Assembly: GCA_964345775.1 (NCBI GenBank) | Contig: CAYFSO010000005.1 | Span: 1-54,931, forward strand | DNA: 54,931 nt | From: an uncultured Leptospiraceae bacterium | Lineage (GTDB): Bacteria; Spirochaetota; UBA4802; UB4802 | Direction: 5' to 3' | Part shown: piece after piece, positions 30,036 to 40,746 of the stretch | Layout of the letters: each line of letters starts with the position of its first letter | Position numbering within the stretch: the stretch's first letter is position 1 | The notes under the pieces: generated by a model | The model's input: the letters and a program-made list of their open reading frames with translations, nothing else | The model's database searches: none | Told to the model about the DNA's origin: nothing | Position numbers and translations under genes: made by a program

Positions 30036-30758
30036 TCAGGGGCCCTGTACCATGGAATTATAGTTTTCACGTATCACACTGCCTGATGGATCTATTTCAT
30101 GGGCTTTCGTAATATACTCCTTTGCCTGCGCAGCATTCCCAAGATTTTCATTACATACCGCAAGGTTATTCAACACCTCTGCTGACTCCTGGTTCAGCGC
30201 GTGCGCGGTTGCATAGGCAGTCTGTGCCTCGTTATACCGCTTCAGCTTCATCAGCACATTGCCAAGCTCATTGTAGGACATGTACATCTCAGGATCCATG
30301 GAATTGGCCTTCTCAAGGTACTCCTTGGCCTTCCAGTAACTTTTCATGCCTGAATACGACCTGCCAAGAATATAGTATGCAATGGCTGTTTCTTTGCGTT
30401 TAATTGATTCCCTGGCAAATACTGCTGCATCACGGGAACGTCCGTGATCCATCATTAGAAGTCCAAGATCAATATAGGGATCAGGAATATCTTTTTTTAT
30501 CTGGGCGCATCGTTTCAAGTGGATAACTGCAGAATCCAGGTTTCCCAGCTTCCAGTGATTATGCGCTGCGAGGTGCCTGAGCCTGTAATTGGGGGATTCG
30601 GGAGTAAAATCTTCGCTCACCTCTAGTTCAGCAGCGATCATATCCAGGGATTCCTGGTATTTTTTCTTTTCGAAAAGCTTAAGGGCATCACTGTATTCTG
30701 CGTACAGAATCCCTGCTGAAAAAAATACCATTAGAACACCTGTTATTATGCGCCTCAT
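30036..30758 (-). CDS. Exported TPR protein
   Basis: Start reassigned to ATG 30758 (SD GGGGGAG, downstream of ppdK terminator); multiple TPR repeats. Confidence 0.85.
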   Translation of the reverse strand: MRRIITGVLMVFFSAGILYAEYSDALKLFEKKKYQESLDMIAAELEVSEDFTPESPNYRLRHLAAHNHWKLGNLDSAVIHLKRCAQIKKDIPDPYIDLGLLMMDHGRSRDAAVFARESIKRKETAIAYYILGRSYSGMKSYWKAKEYLEKANSMDPEMYMSYNELGNVLMKLKRYNEAQTAYATAHALNQESAEVLNNLAVCNENLGNAAQAKEYITKAHEIDPSGSVIRENYNSMVQGP

Positions 30759-30786
30759 AACTCCCCCCTGTACAATGCATGAATTT

Positions 30787-30818
30787 ATAAAAGCGGGCGC
30801 CCTTTCACCGGCGCCCGC
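30787..30818 (-). terminator. Rho-independent terminator of ppdK
   Basis: GCGGGCGCC-N8-GGCGCCCGC 9-bp stem followed by TTTTAT on minus strand. Confidence 0.8.
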
Positions 30819-30834
30819 CAGGAAATTCAATTCA

Positions 30835-33546
30835 TCAACCGTTGCGTATTGCTGCCTGGGCGGCCGCCAGTCGTGCAATTGGCACCCTGAAAGGTGAACA
30901 GCTTACGTAATCAAGGCCTACCCTGTGACAGAAATCGATTGAACTGGGTTCACCACCATGTTCGCCACAGATACCCAGTTTAATGTCCGGACGTGCACTC
31001 TTTCCTTTTTCAACAGCCATCTTCACAAGCTGTCCAACGCCATCCTGGTCAAGTGCCTGGAAAGGATCCCGTGAAAATATGTTCTTGTCAATATATTCTC
31101 CCAGGAACTTACCCGCGTCATCACGGCTGAATCCGAAGGTCATCTGTGTAAGGTCATTCGTACCGAATGAGAAGAACTCGGCAATCCGGCCAATCTCATC
31201 AGCGGTAAGGGCTGCCCTGGGCACTTCGATCATGGTGCCAACAAGGTAGTCAACCTTTACACCCATCTCACCCATCACCTTCTCAGCAGCCTTGACGATT
31301 ATATCTTTCTGCAGCTCCAGTTCCTTTACCGAGCCAACGAGGGGTACCATTACTTCCGGTTTTACGTCCACCCCTTCTTTTGAAAGCCTGCATGCCGCCT
31401 CGAATATGGCACGGGCCTGCATCTCGGTAATTTCCGGGTAGGTGACACCCAGGCGGCATCCCCTGTGACCCAGCATGGGGTTCACCTCGTGGAGATCTTC
31501 AACTTTCTGCTTGATCTTCTCAACATCAACCCCGGTTTCTTTTGCCATTTCCTTCTGGCTGGCATCATCATTGGGTACGAATTCGTGCAGCGGCGGATCA
31601 AGCAGGCGTATGGTAACAGCCAGCCCTTCCATGGCCTTCAGGATGCCGTAGAAGTCTTCCCTCTGAATGGGAAGCAGTTTATCCAGCGCCTTTTTCCTGC
31701 CCTCGTAATCGTCGGCAAGGATCATCTTTCTCATGGCGGTGATCCTGTCACCTTCAAAGAACATGTGCTCTGTACGGCACAGGCCTATACCCTGTGCACC
31801 GAAATTCCTGGCAACGTCGGCATCATGCGGGGTATCGGCGTTGGTACGCACATACAATTTGCGCATCTCGTCCGCCCATTCCATGACGGTTGCGAAAGTA
31901 CCGGACACTTCGGGTTCAACAGTTGATACCTGGCCTTCCATGACTTCACCGGTTGAACCGTCGATGGATATCCAGTCCCCTTCCTTCATGGTAAGATCAC
32001 CAACCTTCACCTGCCTCTTCGCATAGCTTACCTCAAGGGCTCCGCAACCGGATACACAGCATTTACCCATACCCCGTGCAACAACGGCGGCGTGTGATGT
32101 CATACCACCCCTTGCGGTGAGAATACCTTCGGCGGCATGCATGCCCTGCAGGTCTTCCGGTGAGGTTTCGATCCTGACAAGAACCACGTCCTCACCCTTT
32201 TCTTTCCATTCTGCAGCTTCATCCGCGAAGAAAACAATTTTACCGGTTGCAGCGCCCGGGGATGCGGGAAGACCCTTGGCGATCACCTTCTTTTCTGCCT
32301 TTGGGTCAAACCATGGATGCAGAAGCTGATCCAGCCCTTCGGGTTCAAGCCGCATAATTGCTTCTTTCTTGTCAATGAGTCCTTCTTCCACCATGTCAAC
32401 GGCAATCCTGATGGCAGCCACGGCAGTACGTTTCCCGTTCCTTGTCTGCAGCAGCCACAGTTTACCGTTCTGTATGGTGAACTCAATATCCTGCATGTCC
32501 TTGTAATGGCTTTCAAGCTTCTTGTATACCTTTACCAGTTCATCATAGGCTTCAGGCATGCTTTCTTCAAGCGAAGGGAATTTATTCTTGCGTTCCTCTT
32601 CAGGAATATCACTCTCTTTTGCCCATTTCTGCGAGCTGCTCTTTGTAACGTTCTGCGGTGTCCTTGTACCGGCAACAACATCTTCACCCTGGGCGTTCAC
32701 AAGGTATTCACCGTAAAATATTTTTTCACCGGTTGACGGGTCCCTGGTAAACGCAACCCCGGTTGCGCAGTCATCACCCATGTTACCAAATACCATTGAC
32801 TGTACGTTTACGGCAGTTCCCCATTTGGCATCTATGTTGTTCATTTTTCTATAGAGTATGGCACGCTCGTTGTTCCAGGAACCGAATACCGCCCCGATGG
32901 CGCCCCAGAGCTGCTCTACAGGATCAGTCGGAAAGTCCTTCCCAACCTTGTCCTTAATTAGTTTCTTGAATTTCTGAACAAGTTCTTTGAGGTCATCAAC
33001 GGTAAGCTCGATATCAAGTTCAACCCCTCGCTTCTTCTTCATCTCTTCCATTATAATTTCAAAGGGATCTTCTTCTTCCTTAGACTCGGGTTTCAGTCCC
33101 ATGACAACATCACCGTACATCTGGATAAAACGACGATAGGAGTCCCATCCGAATCGTTCGTTACCCGATTTCTTGATAATACCCTTTACCGTTTCGTCGT
33201 TGAGACCGAGGTTCAATACCGTGTCCATCATGCCCGGCATGGAAACCCTGGCACCGGAACGAACCGACAGCAGAAGGGGATTTTCAGGGTCACCGAATTT
33301 GGCATCCATTACCTCTTCAACCTTCTTTAATGACGCGTCCACGTCTTCCGTGAGGCCTTCGGGGTACTGTTCATTGTTATCATAGTACTCATTACACACA
33401 TCTGTGGTGATTGTAAAACCGGCCGGTACTGGAATCCCGATCTTGCTCATTTCCGCCAGGTTTGCTCCCTTCCCACCGAGAAGGTTTTTCATATCAGCAC
33501 CACCTTCGGAAATACCTGCACCGAATAAATACACTCTTTTAGACAT
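30835..33546 (-). CDS. ppdK: Pyruvate, phosphate dikinase
   Basis: [44 protein letters not shown]. Confidence 0.98.
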   Translation of the reverse strand: MSKRVYLFGAGISEGGADMKNLLGGKGANLAEMSKIGIPVPAGFTITTDVCNEYYDNNEQYPEGLTEDVDASLKKVEEVMDAKFGDPENPLLLSVRSGARVSMPGMMDTVLNLGLNDETVKGIIKKSGNERFGWDSYRRFIQMYGDVVMGLKPESKEEEDPFEIIMEEMKKKRGVELDIELTVDDLKELVQKFKKLIKDKVGKDFPTDPVEQLWGAIGAVFGSWNNERAILYRKMNNIDAKWGTAVNVQSMVFGNMGDDCATGVAFTRDPSTGEKIFYGEYLVNAQGEDVVAGTRTPQNVTKSSSQKWAKESDIPEEERKNKFPSLEESMPEAYDELVKVYKKLESHYKDMQDIEFTIQNGKLWLLQTRNGKRTAVAAIRIAVDMVEEGLIDKKEAIMRLEPEGLDQLLHPWFDPKAEKKVIAKGLPASPGAATGKIVFFADEAAEWKEKGEDVVLVRIETSPEDLQGMHAAEGILTARGGMTSHAAVVARGMGKCCVSGCGALEVSYAKRQVKVGDLTMKEGDWISIDGSTGEVMEGQVSTVEPEVSGTFATVMEWADEMRKLYVRTNADTPHDADVARNFGAQGIGLCRTEHMFFEGDRITAMRKMILADDYEGRKKALDKLLPIQREDFYGILKAMEGLAVTIRLLDPPLHEFVPNDDASQKEMAKETGVDVEKIKQKVEDLHEVNPMLGHRGCRLGVTYPEITEMQARAIFEAACRLSKEGVDVKPEVMVPLVGSVKELELQKDIIVKAAEKVMGEMGVKVDYLVGTMIEVPRAALTADEIGRIAEFFSFGTNDLTQMTFGFSRDDAGKFLGEYIDKNIFSRDPFQALDQDGVGQLVKMAVEKGKSARPDIKLGICGEHGGEPSSIDFCHRVGLDYVSCSPFRVPIARLAAAQAAIRNG

Positions 33547-33647
33547 TTCTCTACTCCTCTAATTTTTTAATGGAATTCACAATCAATTCAATCTCAATGG
33601 AATGAAACTGGTCTATAACAGTATAAAATTTAGTAATCACTATGATT

Positions 33648-34622
33648 TTAATCCATAAATTTTCTGGTTTCAATCAAAAAACAGGCATCCCTGTTATCAC
33701 AGCCCCTGCACTCTGCGGATCCGATATCATATTCAGTATCTTCGCATGCTTTTTCGGCGTCATCTCCCAGCATGATCTCAAGGTACTTTATGTACTGTAC
33801 CTCGTCATCAGTAAGGGCCTGTGGCCCCTTTTCATGCAGTTTTCTCATTATCGTCTGCTGCAACCTGGTAATATCCTGTTCCCGTCCGCTTTCCCCGCCG
33901 TTTGCAACTTTCGGCGTATCTTTTCGCTCCCTGCCCGATGATGCACGACGCAGCTTCGTTTTGAACCTCAGTGCCCGCTTTCTGAAAATGAGGAAGAAAA
34001 CGATACCGAAGAAAAGCCCGCCAAGGTGACCAAGGTGCGAAATACTGGTACGCCCCCCGAATACTTCAAGGAACAGTTCAACACCCCCGAAGAGGACAAC
34101 CAGGTATTTAGCCTTGATGGGTAGAATAAAAAAGAGCAGAAGTTCCGCGTCAGGAAAAAGAATACCAAAGGCCAGCAGCAGTCCAAATACCGCCCCTGAG
34201 GCGCCGATGGTGGGAATATGGTATCCCATACCACCGCTTATCAGGTTAATGACAAAAATGGTGAGACCTGCCCCGATCCCACAGAAAAAGTAGTACTGTA
34301 AAAACCGTTTCCCGCCCCAGACCTGTTCAACCGGGACACCGAAAAGCATGAGGGCGTACATGTTAAAAAATATGTGCAGCAGCATGTTCGGACTGTGAAG
34401 GAACATGTAGGAAACAAACTGCCATGCAAACCCTTTTTCCACTACCATTGAAGGAATAAGGCCAAGGTAATAGGTCATGGCCTGGATATTCACTGACATG
34501 TTGCCGATCTGATGCTGTACGGTGATGTTTCCGGTCAACAACTGCAACACGAATACAACCACGTTGATGATAATGAGCTTTATGGCTATTCCCTGGTAAA
34601 ATGTCCCTTTTCTGCCGTTCAT
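33648..34622 (-). CDS. Rhomboid intramembrane serine protease with C-terminal Cys cluster
   Basis: WQFVSYMFLH, HIFFNM, IGASGA, HLGHLGG. Confidence 0.92.
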   Translation of the reverse strand: MNGRKGTFYQGIAIKLIIINVVVFVLQLLTGNITVQHQIGNMSVNIQAMTYYLGLIPSMVVEKGFAWQFVSYMFLHSPNMLLHIFFNMYALMLFGVPVEQVWGGKRFLQYYFFCGIGAGLTIFVINLISGGMGYHIPTIGASGAVFGLLLAFGILFPDAELLLFFILPIKAKYLVVLFGGVELFLEVFGGRTSISHLGHLGGLFFGIVFFLIFRKRALRFKTKLRRASSGRERKDTPKVANGGESGREQDITRLQQTIMRKLHEKGPQALTDDEVQYIKYLEIMLGDDAEKACEDTEYDIGSAECRGCDNRDACFLIETRKFMD

Positions 34623-34682
34623 CGTCTATCCCTGAAAAATAAGTTCCTTATCTACGGTTTCTTACAAATCAGCAAGCCCTTT

Positions 34683-35015
34683 TCAAGTAAAGTCTTTTTT
34701 ATATTGTGGACATAGTTCCGATTGACCTGGCTGATAGGCCCTGCATGCAAGCGGTCGTGTCTCGTATATGGCACATGCACAGAGACCGTCACGCATAACC
34801 AGGAAGGGACAGTGGTCCAGTTTCATTCCTGTTGAGGATGACACCAGGTGATCACCCATCCAGACCCCGTGCTGGTTCTCAATTATATGAAGTATATCAT
34901 GCCTTCCCTCATCCTGCCACCGTTTCATGTCTTCATCGGTAACATAGGCAAGCATGTTGGCAAAACAGCATGCGCCGCATCTTTTGCATTCAGGTATTGA
35001 CTTTTTTTCCACCAT
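34683..35015 (-). CDS. YkgJ-family CxxCxxCC cysteine cluster protein
   Basis: CKRCGACC, CPFL, CAIYETRPLACR. Confidence 0.9.
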   Translation of the reverse strand: MVEKKSIPECKRCGACCFANMLAYVTDEDMKRWQDEGRHDILHIIENQHGVWMGDHLVSSSTGMKLDHCPFLVMRDGLCACAIYETRPLACRAYQPGQSELCPQYKKDFT

Positions 35016-35056
35016 GGTATTATATCTCAGTTTATTCTATTCTGGAGCATCAGTCA

Positions 35057-35956
35057 ATGGAACAGCAGTCTTTTCAATCATCATCTATAAAAGGAGCCGT
35101 GTTGCTGCTCCTTTCCGCGGCCGCATTTGCCATGTCAACCGTATTTGCCAAGGTTGTCACCACGGGATCCAGCGTCCCCGGCATCGAAGTGACCTTCCTT
35201 CGTTTCCTTGTTGGCCTCAGCTTCACATGGATGTACCTGCGCTACAGGAAAATATCCATTCGTCCCAACAACCCGCGCCTGGTGGTACTTCGTGCTGTCA
35301 GCAACACTGCCGCGGTGCTTTTTTTCTTTACCGGGATACAGTTTACCACGGTAACCAATGCCAACATGCTGAATATGACATATCCCGTATTCGTGTTTCT
35401 GGTGGCACCTTTTTTCAACAGGGAAGCCAGCAGTGGCAAATATTACCTGTACCTGTTCCTGACCATCATCGGGGTATACCTCATCGTGGTACCCGATTTT
35501 CACAGCATCAACCCGGGGGATCTTTCGGCCCTTGCATCCGGCATATGCGCCGGTGTTGCCATCTCGGCCCTGCGGGAGGCGCGTAAATACGATAACAGCT
35601 TCGTGATACTCTTTCATCTCATGGCCATAGGAATAGGTATCAACCTTGCCATCATGATACCGTTATTCGTTATGCCCGATCCATATATTTTTCTCTTTAT
35701 GCTTCTTTCAGCCATTACTGCCTATACGGGCCAGATCCTCATTACCGTGGGTTACAGGTACATAGATGCCGCACCTGGCTCCCTCATCTCGGCAAGCAGG
35801 ATACTGTTCGCCGGGATACTGGGTGTCAGCATATTCGGAGACCCCCTTACCTTCAGGATAGTGATCGGTGGAATACTCATACTTGTATCACTGGCAGGAG
35901 TCAGCGGTATCATACGGTATATCAGGAGGCCTACTCTTCCAAAAAACAGTCCATAA
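35057..35956 (+). CDS. EamA/DMT family transporter
   Basis: About 10 TM helices in two repeats; start ATG 35057 after GGAG. Confidence 0.88.
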   Translation: MEQQSFQSSSIKGAVLLLLSAAAFAMSTVFAKVVTTGSSVPGIEVTFLRFLVGLSFTWMYLRYRKISIRPNNPRLVVLRAVSNTAAVLFFFTGIQFTTVTNANMLNMTYPVFVFLVAPFFNREASSGKYYLYLFLTIIGVYLIVVPDFHSINPGDLSALASGICAGVAISALREARKYDNSFVILFHLMAIGIGINLAIMIPLFVMPDPYIFLFMLLSAITAYTGQILITVGYRYIDAAPGSLISASRILFAGILGVSIFGDPLTFRIVIGGILILVSLAGVSGIIRYIRRPTLPKNSP

Positions 35957-36875
35957 CCCTTTCCGTGCTGGTTGCAAGGGCATTCAGGTCGTACCCGCCT
36001 TCCAGGAATGCCACCATCCTTCCATTGCAATACCTGTTTGCCACCTCCTTCAGCATGGAGGTAAACAGGTAATAGGTTTCCGAGGACAGGCCTATGTACG
36101 ACAGGGGATCTGAATTATGCGCATCAAAACCGGCTGATATGAGAATTATCCCCGGTTTGAAATCTTCCAGCGCTGGAATTATGTGATTCTGAAATACATC
36201 CAGGTAATCGTCCTCTCCACTGCCGGCAGGCATGGGGAAATTCAATGTATATCCCTCACCCACGTCTTTCCCCCTTTCATGCCTTGCTCCCGTCCCGGGA
36301 AAGTGTGGATACTGGTGCGTACTGATGTACAGCACAGTATTATCACTCTCAAATGTATGCTGCGTGCCGTTCCCGTGGTGCACGTCCCAGTCTACGATGG
36401 CAACCCTGGCAACATTGTGAATATCCTGCAGGTACCTGGCAGCAATGGCAATATTATTAAAAATGCAGAAACCTGCAGCATAATCATACTCCGCGTGATG
36501 CCCGGGAGGACGCACCGCACAGAAGCCGCGCCTGGCCTGGTCATTCATGATTATGTCACACAACCTCAGGCCACCGCCAACAGCCTTGAGTGCCACGTGG
36601 TATGACTCGTCGCAAACTGCCGTGTCCATTGAATCCAGGTAATTGACCCCTGACTCGATTTCCTTTTTTACACGTTTTATATAGTCAGGAGAATGTACTT
36701 TTTCTATGATGGCGATATCAGCTTCAACGGGTTCCACCTTTACCAGGTCCTTGTAATACTCCTTTTCCCTGAGTTTCTGGTCGATTGCCGCCAGCCTTTC
36801 GGGACGCTCCGGGTGTCCCCAGCCCGTATCATGATCCATGTATACTGGGTCAAATAGATATGCTGTCGGTACCAT
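35931..36875 (-). CDS. Histone deacetylase-family (Zn-dependent amidohydrolase) protein
   Basis: HPERPERL, RPPGHHA, DWDVHHGNGTQ, SAGFDAH, EGGY. Confidence 0.95.
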   Translation of the reverse strand: MVPTAYLFDPVYMDHDTGWGHPERPERLAAIDQKLREKEYYKDLVKVEPVEADIAIIEKVHSPDYIKRVKKEIESGVNYLDSMDTAVCDESYHVALKAVGGGLRLCDIIMNDQARRGFCAVRPPGHHAEYDYAAGFCIFNNIAIAARYLQDIHNVARVAIVDWDVHHGNGTQHTFESDNTVLYISTHQYPHFPGTGARHERGKDVGEGYTLNFPMPAGSGEDDYLDVFQNHIIPALEDFKPGIILISAGFDAHNSDPLSYIGLSSETYYLFTSMLKEVANRYCNGRMVAFLEGGYDLNALATSTERVMDCFLEE

Positions 36876-37034
36876 TTTCTATCTCCAGGACGAATGTACT
36901 GTAACTTCTTTTTGTTGTATGGCTACTGTAGCGGGCATGTATTGTATTTTCAAGCAATTAATACACATTTGATTTTGTTGTGTATCAACATCAAGGTGAT
37001 ACAATAGAACCTGTACTCACAGGAAAATGATATT

Positions 37035-37241
37035 ATGGCAGGACGTCAATGTAAATGGTACCCGGTATGTCCCATGAAACGGTATACCGGGATGGGATTG
37101 CTTGACCCCTACTGGGTTGAGCATTACTGCAGGGGTGACTGGGAAAGCTGCGTACGCTACAGGATGGAAGAGAACGGCGAGTACCATCCCGACTGCATGC
37201 TCCCGGACGGGAGCATCGATGAATCTCTTCGGGGAAAGTAA
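37035..37241 (+). CDS. Small Cys-rich conserved-looking protein
   Basis: 68 aa, CKWYPVCP..YCRGDWESCVRY..LPDG; SD-like AGGA; fills intergenic gap. Confidence 0.75.
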   Translation: MAGRQCKWYPVCPMKRYTGMGLLDPYWVEHYCRGDWESCVRYRMEENGEYHPDCMLPDGSIDESLRGK

Positions 37242-37246
37242 CTGTA

Positions 37247-37903
37247 TTAATTGGCCGAAGATCCGCCGAATGGGTATCTAACCCCAATGCGAACCATGAA
37301 GCCGGACATGTCGATTTCGATATTATCAGTATTCTTCAACTGTGCGTTGCGATACCCGACTTCCCCCAGGAACTCAACTTTCGACTGATCGGAAGGCTTA
37401 TACCCTGCACCCAGGACCAGCTGCCACGCAAACCCGCTGAAAAATTTCGTTTTGTTCTCTTCAGGGTATTCTTTACCTCCTGTATCCTCGTATGCAGGCT
37501 GTGAAAAATGCATGATCATCAAGGGGTAACCCAGCCCGATGTTAATGTAAGGAGTTACAAACAGCGCTTTCTTGAGATTCGGAAGTCGCACCTGTGCGTC
37601 GACCATCAGGGGGATGTAAAACGCGTTGGTATCTGCTTTCAGGTCACCCTGCACGTCCTGCGTTATCTCGTCTTCACCTACTTTTCTGCTCCACTGTACC
37701 CAGTAAAGGCCTGATTCAAAACCCATAACAAAGAATGGATCAAGCAGCCAGTTATGCTGCAGGGAAAGATCCATGCCAAACTTGGCAGGGTCTGTTGAAT
37801 ATGCCGTACCCAGTGTGCCGTCGATCCCGGTATCGGCTGCAAATGCTTCCGCCGCGGTGAATGCCATAACAAGTATAAGGACAATACTGTATATTTTTTT
37901 CAT
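37247..37903 (-). CDS. Outer-membrane beta-barrel protein
   Basis: Signal peptide, PYINIGLGY, FAWQLVLGAGY, terminal IGVRYPF. Confidence 0.8.
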   Translation of the reverse strand: MKKIYSIVLILVMAFTAAEAFAADTGIDGTLGTAYSTDPAKFGMDLSLQHNWLLDPFFVMGFESGLYWVQWSRKVGEDEITQDVQGDLKADTNAFYIPLMVDAQVRLPNLKKALFVTPYINIGLGYPLMIMHFSQPAYEDTGGKEYPEENKTKFFSGFAWQLVLGAGYKPSDQSKVEFLGEVGYRNAQLKNTDNIEIDMSGFMVRIGVRYPFGGSSAN

Positions 37904-38001
37904 GGTCAGGTCTCCTTGAGCGATAAATCAACTAATGGATGGATTAATGTTGGAGGGATTCTACCGATATGTCAAGACATAATATCTTTCTTTGTTGTAT
38001 T

Positions 38002-38184
38002 TCAGACAATGGTGTCCAGTATTCTGCCCAGACCTTCAGCCTGTGCACCCTGCACCCTGGTTGTCACGCTTGCCTTTAACATCTTTTCTGCAAGTCCGTC
38101 CTGGGCTTTTCCTATTGCCTTGAGTAACTCACCCATCTTTACCATGCAGTGATCAGCCGGTGATGCCTGTATTCCGTGTACCAT
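38002..38184 (-). CDS. Small YjfB-like (putative motility) protein
   Basis: 60 aa, SD GGAGG, C-terminal GLGRILDTIV, sigma-28 promoter upstream. Confidence 0.72.
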   Translation of the reverse strand: MVHGIQASPADHCMVKMGELLKAIGKAQDGLAEKMLKASVTTRVQGAQAEGLGRILDTIV

Positions 38185-38218
38185 CTTCGTACCTCCGGGA
38201 ATATTTTCCCTTAATCTA

Positions 38219-38245
38219 TTATCGGCACTTCCCTGCTGAAGTTTA
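38219..38245 (-). promoter_or_regulatory. Sigma-28 (FliA) promoter
   Basis: Exact TAAA-N15-GCCGATAA on minus strand. Confidence 0.85.
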
Positions 38246-38252
38246 GCATTTT

Positions 38253-39494
38253 TTAACCAAAATCATCGAATCTTATCATATCTTCTTCAACACCCAGGTT
38301 GTATAACATCTTATATGCTGCATCCAGCATGACCGGTGGGCCGCACAGGTAATATTCCACGTCCTCGGGTGCCCCGTGGGCTTTCAGGTATTTCTCGTAA
38401 ACAACGTTATGAATAAAGCCTGTGGGGCCGTCCCAGTTGTCTTCAGGCAGCGGGTCTGACAGGGCAATATGAAATGAGAAGTTGTCAAAATCTTTTTCAA
38501 GCTGCCGAAATTCATCCTCGTAGAATATTTCCCTGACCGATCTTGCACCGTACCAGTAACTCACCTTCCTGTCCGTTTTCAGCGTCTTAAACAAATGAAA
38601 TATCTGTGACCGCAGGGGAGCCATACCCGCACCCCCGCCGATGTATACCATCTCCCTGTCTGTATCCTGTATGAAGAAATCACCAAAGGGCCCCGAGATA
38701 GCCGCCTCGTCACCTTCTTCAAGAGAAAAAATATAGGTGGAGGCGATACCTGCAGGCACGTTCTCAAATCTCCCCTTTTTGGGATTCCTGGGCGGGGTGG
38801 CTATTCTCACGTTCAGTTTAATAATGTTTCCCTCCGCAGGGTGATTGGCCATTGAGTATGCCCTGAATATGGGTTCGTTGTTCTCGACGGCCAGGTCAAA
38901 GAGTCCCTGTTCTTCCCAGTCATCCCGGTATTCAGGATCAATGTCAATATCACGTGAAAAATCTATACTGTACTCCGGTATGTCGATCTGCACGTACCCT
39001 CCGGGTTCGAAGTCGAGTCTTTCGTCCCCGGGCATCTGTACCACCAGCTCCTTGATGAAGGTGGCAACATTTTCGTTTGAAACAACGCTGCAGCTGTATT
39101 TTTTTATGTCCAGCAGCTCCTCTGGTACACCGATCTTCATGCGCTCCCGCACCTTCACCTGGCAGGAGAGTCTCCAGTGGTCCCGCGCCATCTTGCGGTT
39201 TATGTGGTTCTCCTCGATGGGCAGTATGTCACCGCCTCCTTCAAATACCTGGCACTTGCAGGTACCACATGTCCCGCTGCCCCCACATGCTGATGGCAGG
39301 TATATCTCGTTGTCGGCAAGTGTATTGAGCAGGGTTGACCCGGCATTGACCGTTATATCCTTGTCCGGATCATCGTTTATGGTGATGGTTACTTCCCCCG
39401 TCTCCTTCAGCTTGGATTCGGCGCCGATGATCAGGAGCGAGAGTACCACCGCTAATGTGCTGAATGATGCAACTGCAAGTATTACCGTTACCAT
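38253..39494 (-). CDS. nqrF: Na+-translocating NADH:quinone oxidoreductase subunit F
   Basis: SACGGSGTCGTC 2Fe-2S, RAYSMAN, GGGAGMAP, YLCGPP, FDDFG. Confidence 0.97.
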   Translation of the reverse strand: MVTVILAVASFSTLAVVLSLLIIGAESKLKETGEVTITINDDPDKDITVNAGSTLLNTLADNEIYLPSACGGSGTCGTCKCQVFEGGGDILPIEENHINRKMARDHWRLSCQVKVRERMKIGVPEELLDIKKYSCSVVSNENVATFIKELVVQMPGDERLDFEPGGYVQIDIPEYSIDFSRDIDIDPEYRDDWEEQGLFDLAVENNEPIFRAYSMANHPAEGNIIKLNVRIATPPRNPKKGRFENVPAGIASTYIFSLEEGDEAAISGPFGDFFIQDTDREMVYIGGGAGMAPLRSQIFHLFKTLKTDRKVSYWYGARSVREIFYEDEFRQLEKDFDNFSFHIALSDPLPEDNWDGPTGFIHNVVYEKYLKAHGAPEDVEYYLCGPPVMLDAAYKMLYNLGVEEDMIRFDDFG

Positions 39495-39500
39495 ATACCC

Positions 39501-40118
39501 CTATCCAGTAAGAGAGATTCCAGAAAATATCATGAAGGCAATCGCCATAAGCCCTGTTATAAGCATGGTAATGCCCAGTCCCCGCATGCCACGGGGCAGG
39601 TTGGAATACCTGATCTTGTGCCGGATGGCCGCCATGCTGACTATGGCCAGGAACCAGCCTATTCCCGAAGCCACGCCGAATACCGCGGATTCAGCCAGAG
39701 TATGTTCCCGCTCCACCATAAAAAGTGACACACCCAGTATGGAACAGTTCACCGTTATGAGTGGAAGGTATATACCCAGTGCACTGTACAGGGCTGTTGA
39801 GATCTTTTCAACAGCCATTTCCACTATCTGTACCATGGCGGCAATGGTGGCAATGAATGAAATGAAGGTCAAAAAGCTGAGATCCACATCGGCAAATTTC
39901 GGATTCAGCCATGTAAGGGCACCCTCTTTCAAAACGTATTCATGTATGAGCCAGTTGGCAGGTGCGGTAATACTCAGAACGAATATTACCGCGATCCCCA
40001 GTCCAAAAGCGGTGGGCACCTTTTTCGAGAGGGCAAGGAATGAACACATGCCCAGGAAATACGCCAGCAGAATGTTTTCAGTGAATATTGCCTTTATGCC
40101 AATATTGATCAGGTCCAT
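39501..40118 (-). CDS. nqrE: Na+-NQR subunit E
   Basis: FLGMCSFLA, LPLITVNC, GLGIT. Confidence 0.95.
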   Translation of the reverse strand: MDLINIGIKAIFTENILLAYFLGMCSFLALSKKVPTAFGLGIAVIFVLSITAPANWLIHEYVLKEGALTWLNPKFADVDLSFLTFISFIATIAAMVQIVEMAVEKISTALYSALGIYLPLITVNCSILGVSLFMVEREHTLAESAVFGVASGIGWFLAIVSMAAIRHKIRYSNLPRGMRGLGITMLITGLMAIAFMIFSGISLTG

Positions 40119-40125
40119 AAATCAG

Positions 40126-40743
40126 TTATTCCTCCTCGCTGTAGCCCGTATATGCCCGCTGCAGCCAGATGGTCAATGCCAGGATTATGAAGGCGCCGGG
40201 GGCAAGTACCATCAGCCCGTTATCCACGTATCCAATATCATACATGGCCTGCGGTATCACCTGGTACCCCAAAAGGGTACCCGATCCCAGAAGCTCCCTG
40301 AAAAAACCCACGATCAGGAGAATGAGGGCGTAGCCTATCCCGTTTCCAATCCCGTCAAGGAAAGACGACGGAACGGGATTGCTCATGGCATGGGCTTCAA
40401 GCCTTCCCAGAACGATGCAGTTGGTAATTATAAGTCCAACAAATACTGACAGCTGTTTTGACATCTCGTAAGCGTATGCTTTCAAGACCTGGTCAACTAC
40501 GATAACCAGCGAGGCGATCACCGTCATCTCGATGATGATCCGTATCTTACCTGGAATCAGCTTCCGAATTACCGATACAATAACATTTGCCATGGAAATG
40601 ACGAATATAACGGCAATACCCATAACGATGGAGGGTTTTAACATTGAGGTGACCGCCAGTGCCGAACAGATGCCCAGTATCTGTATTGTTATGGGATTAT
40701 TTTCGTTTATGGGCTCTACCAGCACCTTTTTATTCAGTGCCAT
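40126..40743 (-). CDS. nqrD: Na+-NQR subunit D
   Basis: NPITIQILGICSALAVT, LSVFVGLIITNCIV. Confidence 0.96.
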   Translation of the reverse strand: MALNKKVLVEPINENNPITIQILGICSALAVTSMLKPSIVMGIAVIFVISMANVIVSVIRKLIPGKIRIIIEMTVIASLVIVVDQVLKAYAYEMSKQLSVFVGLIITNCIVLGRLEAHAMSNPVPSSFLDGIGNGIGYALILLIVGFFRELLGSGTLLGYQVIPQAMYDIGYVDNGLMVLAPGAFIILALTIWLQRAYTGYSEEE

Positions 40744-40746
40744 ATA

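Noticed and set aside
37035-37241. Calling the small Cys protein an enzyme such as uracil-DNA glycosylase
   Set aside because: Far too short and lacks catalytic motifs
38845-40449. 534-aa plus-strand ORF (also 5213-6031, 22514-23380, 41984-42721, 52995-53729)
   Set aside because: Antisense shadows of well-supported genes; no recognisable motifs
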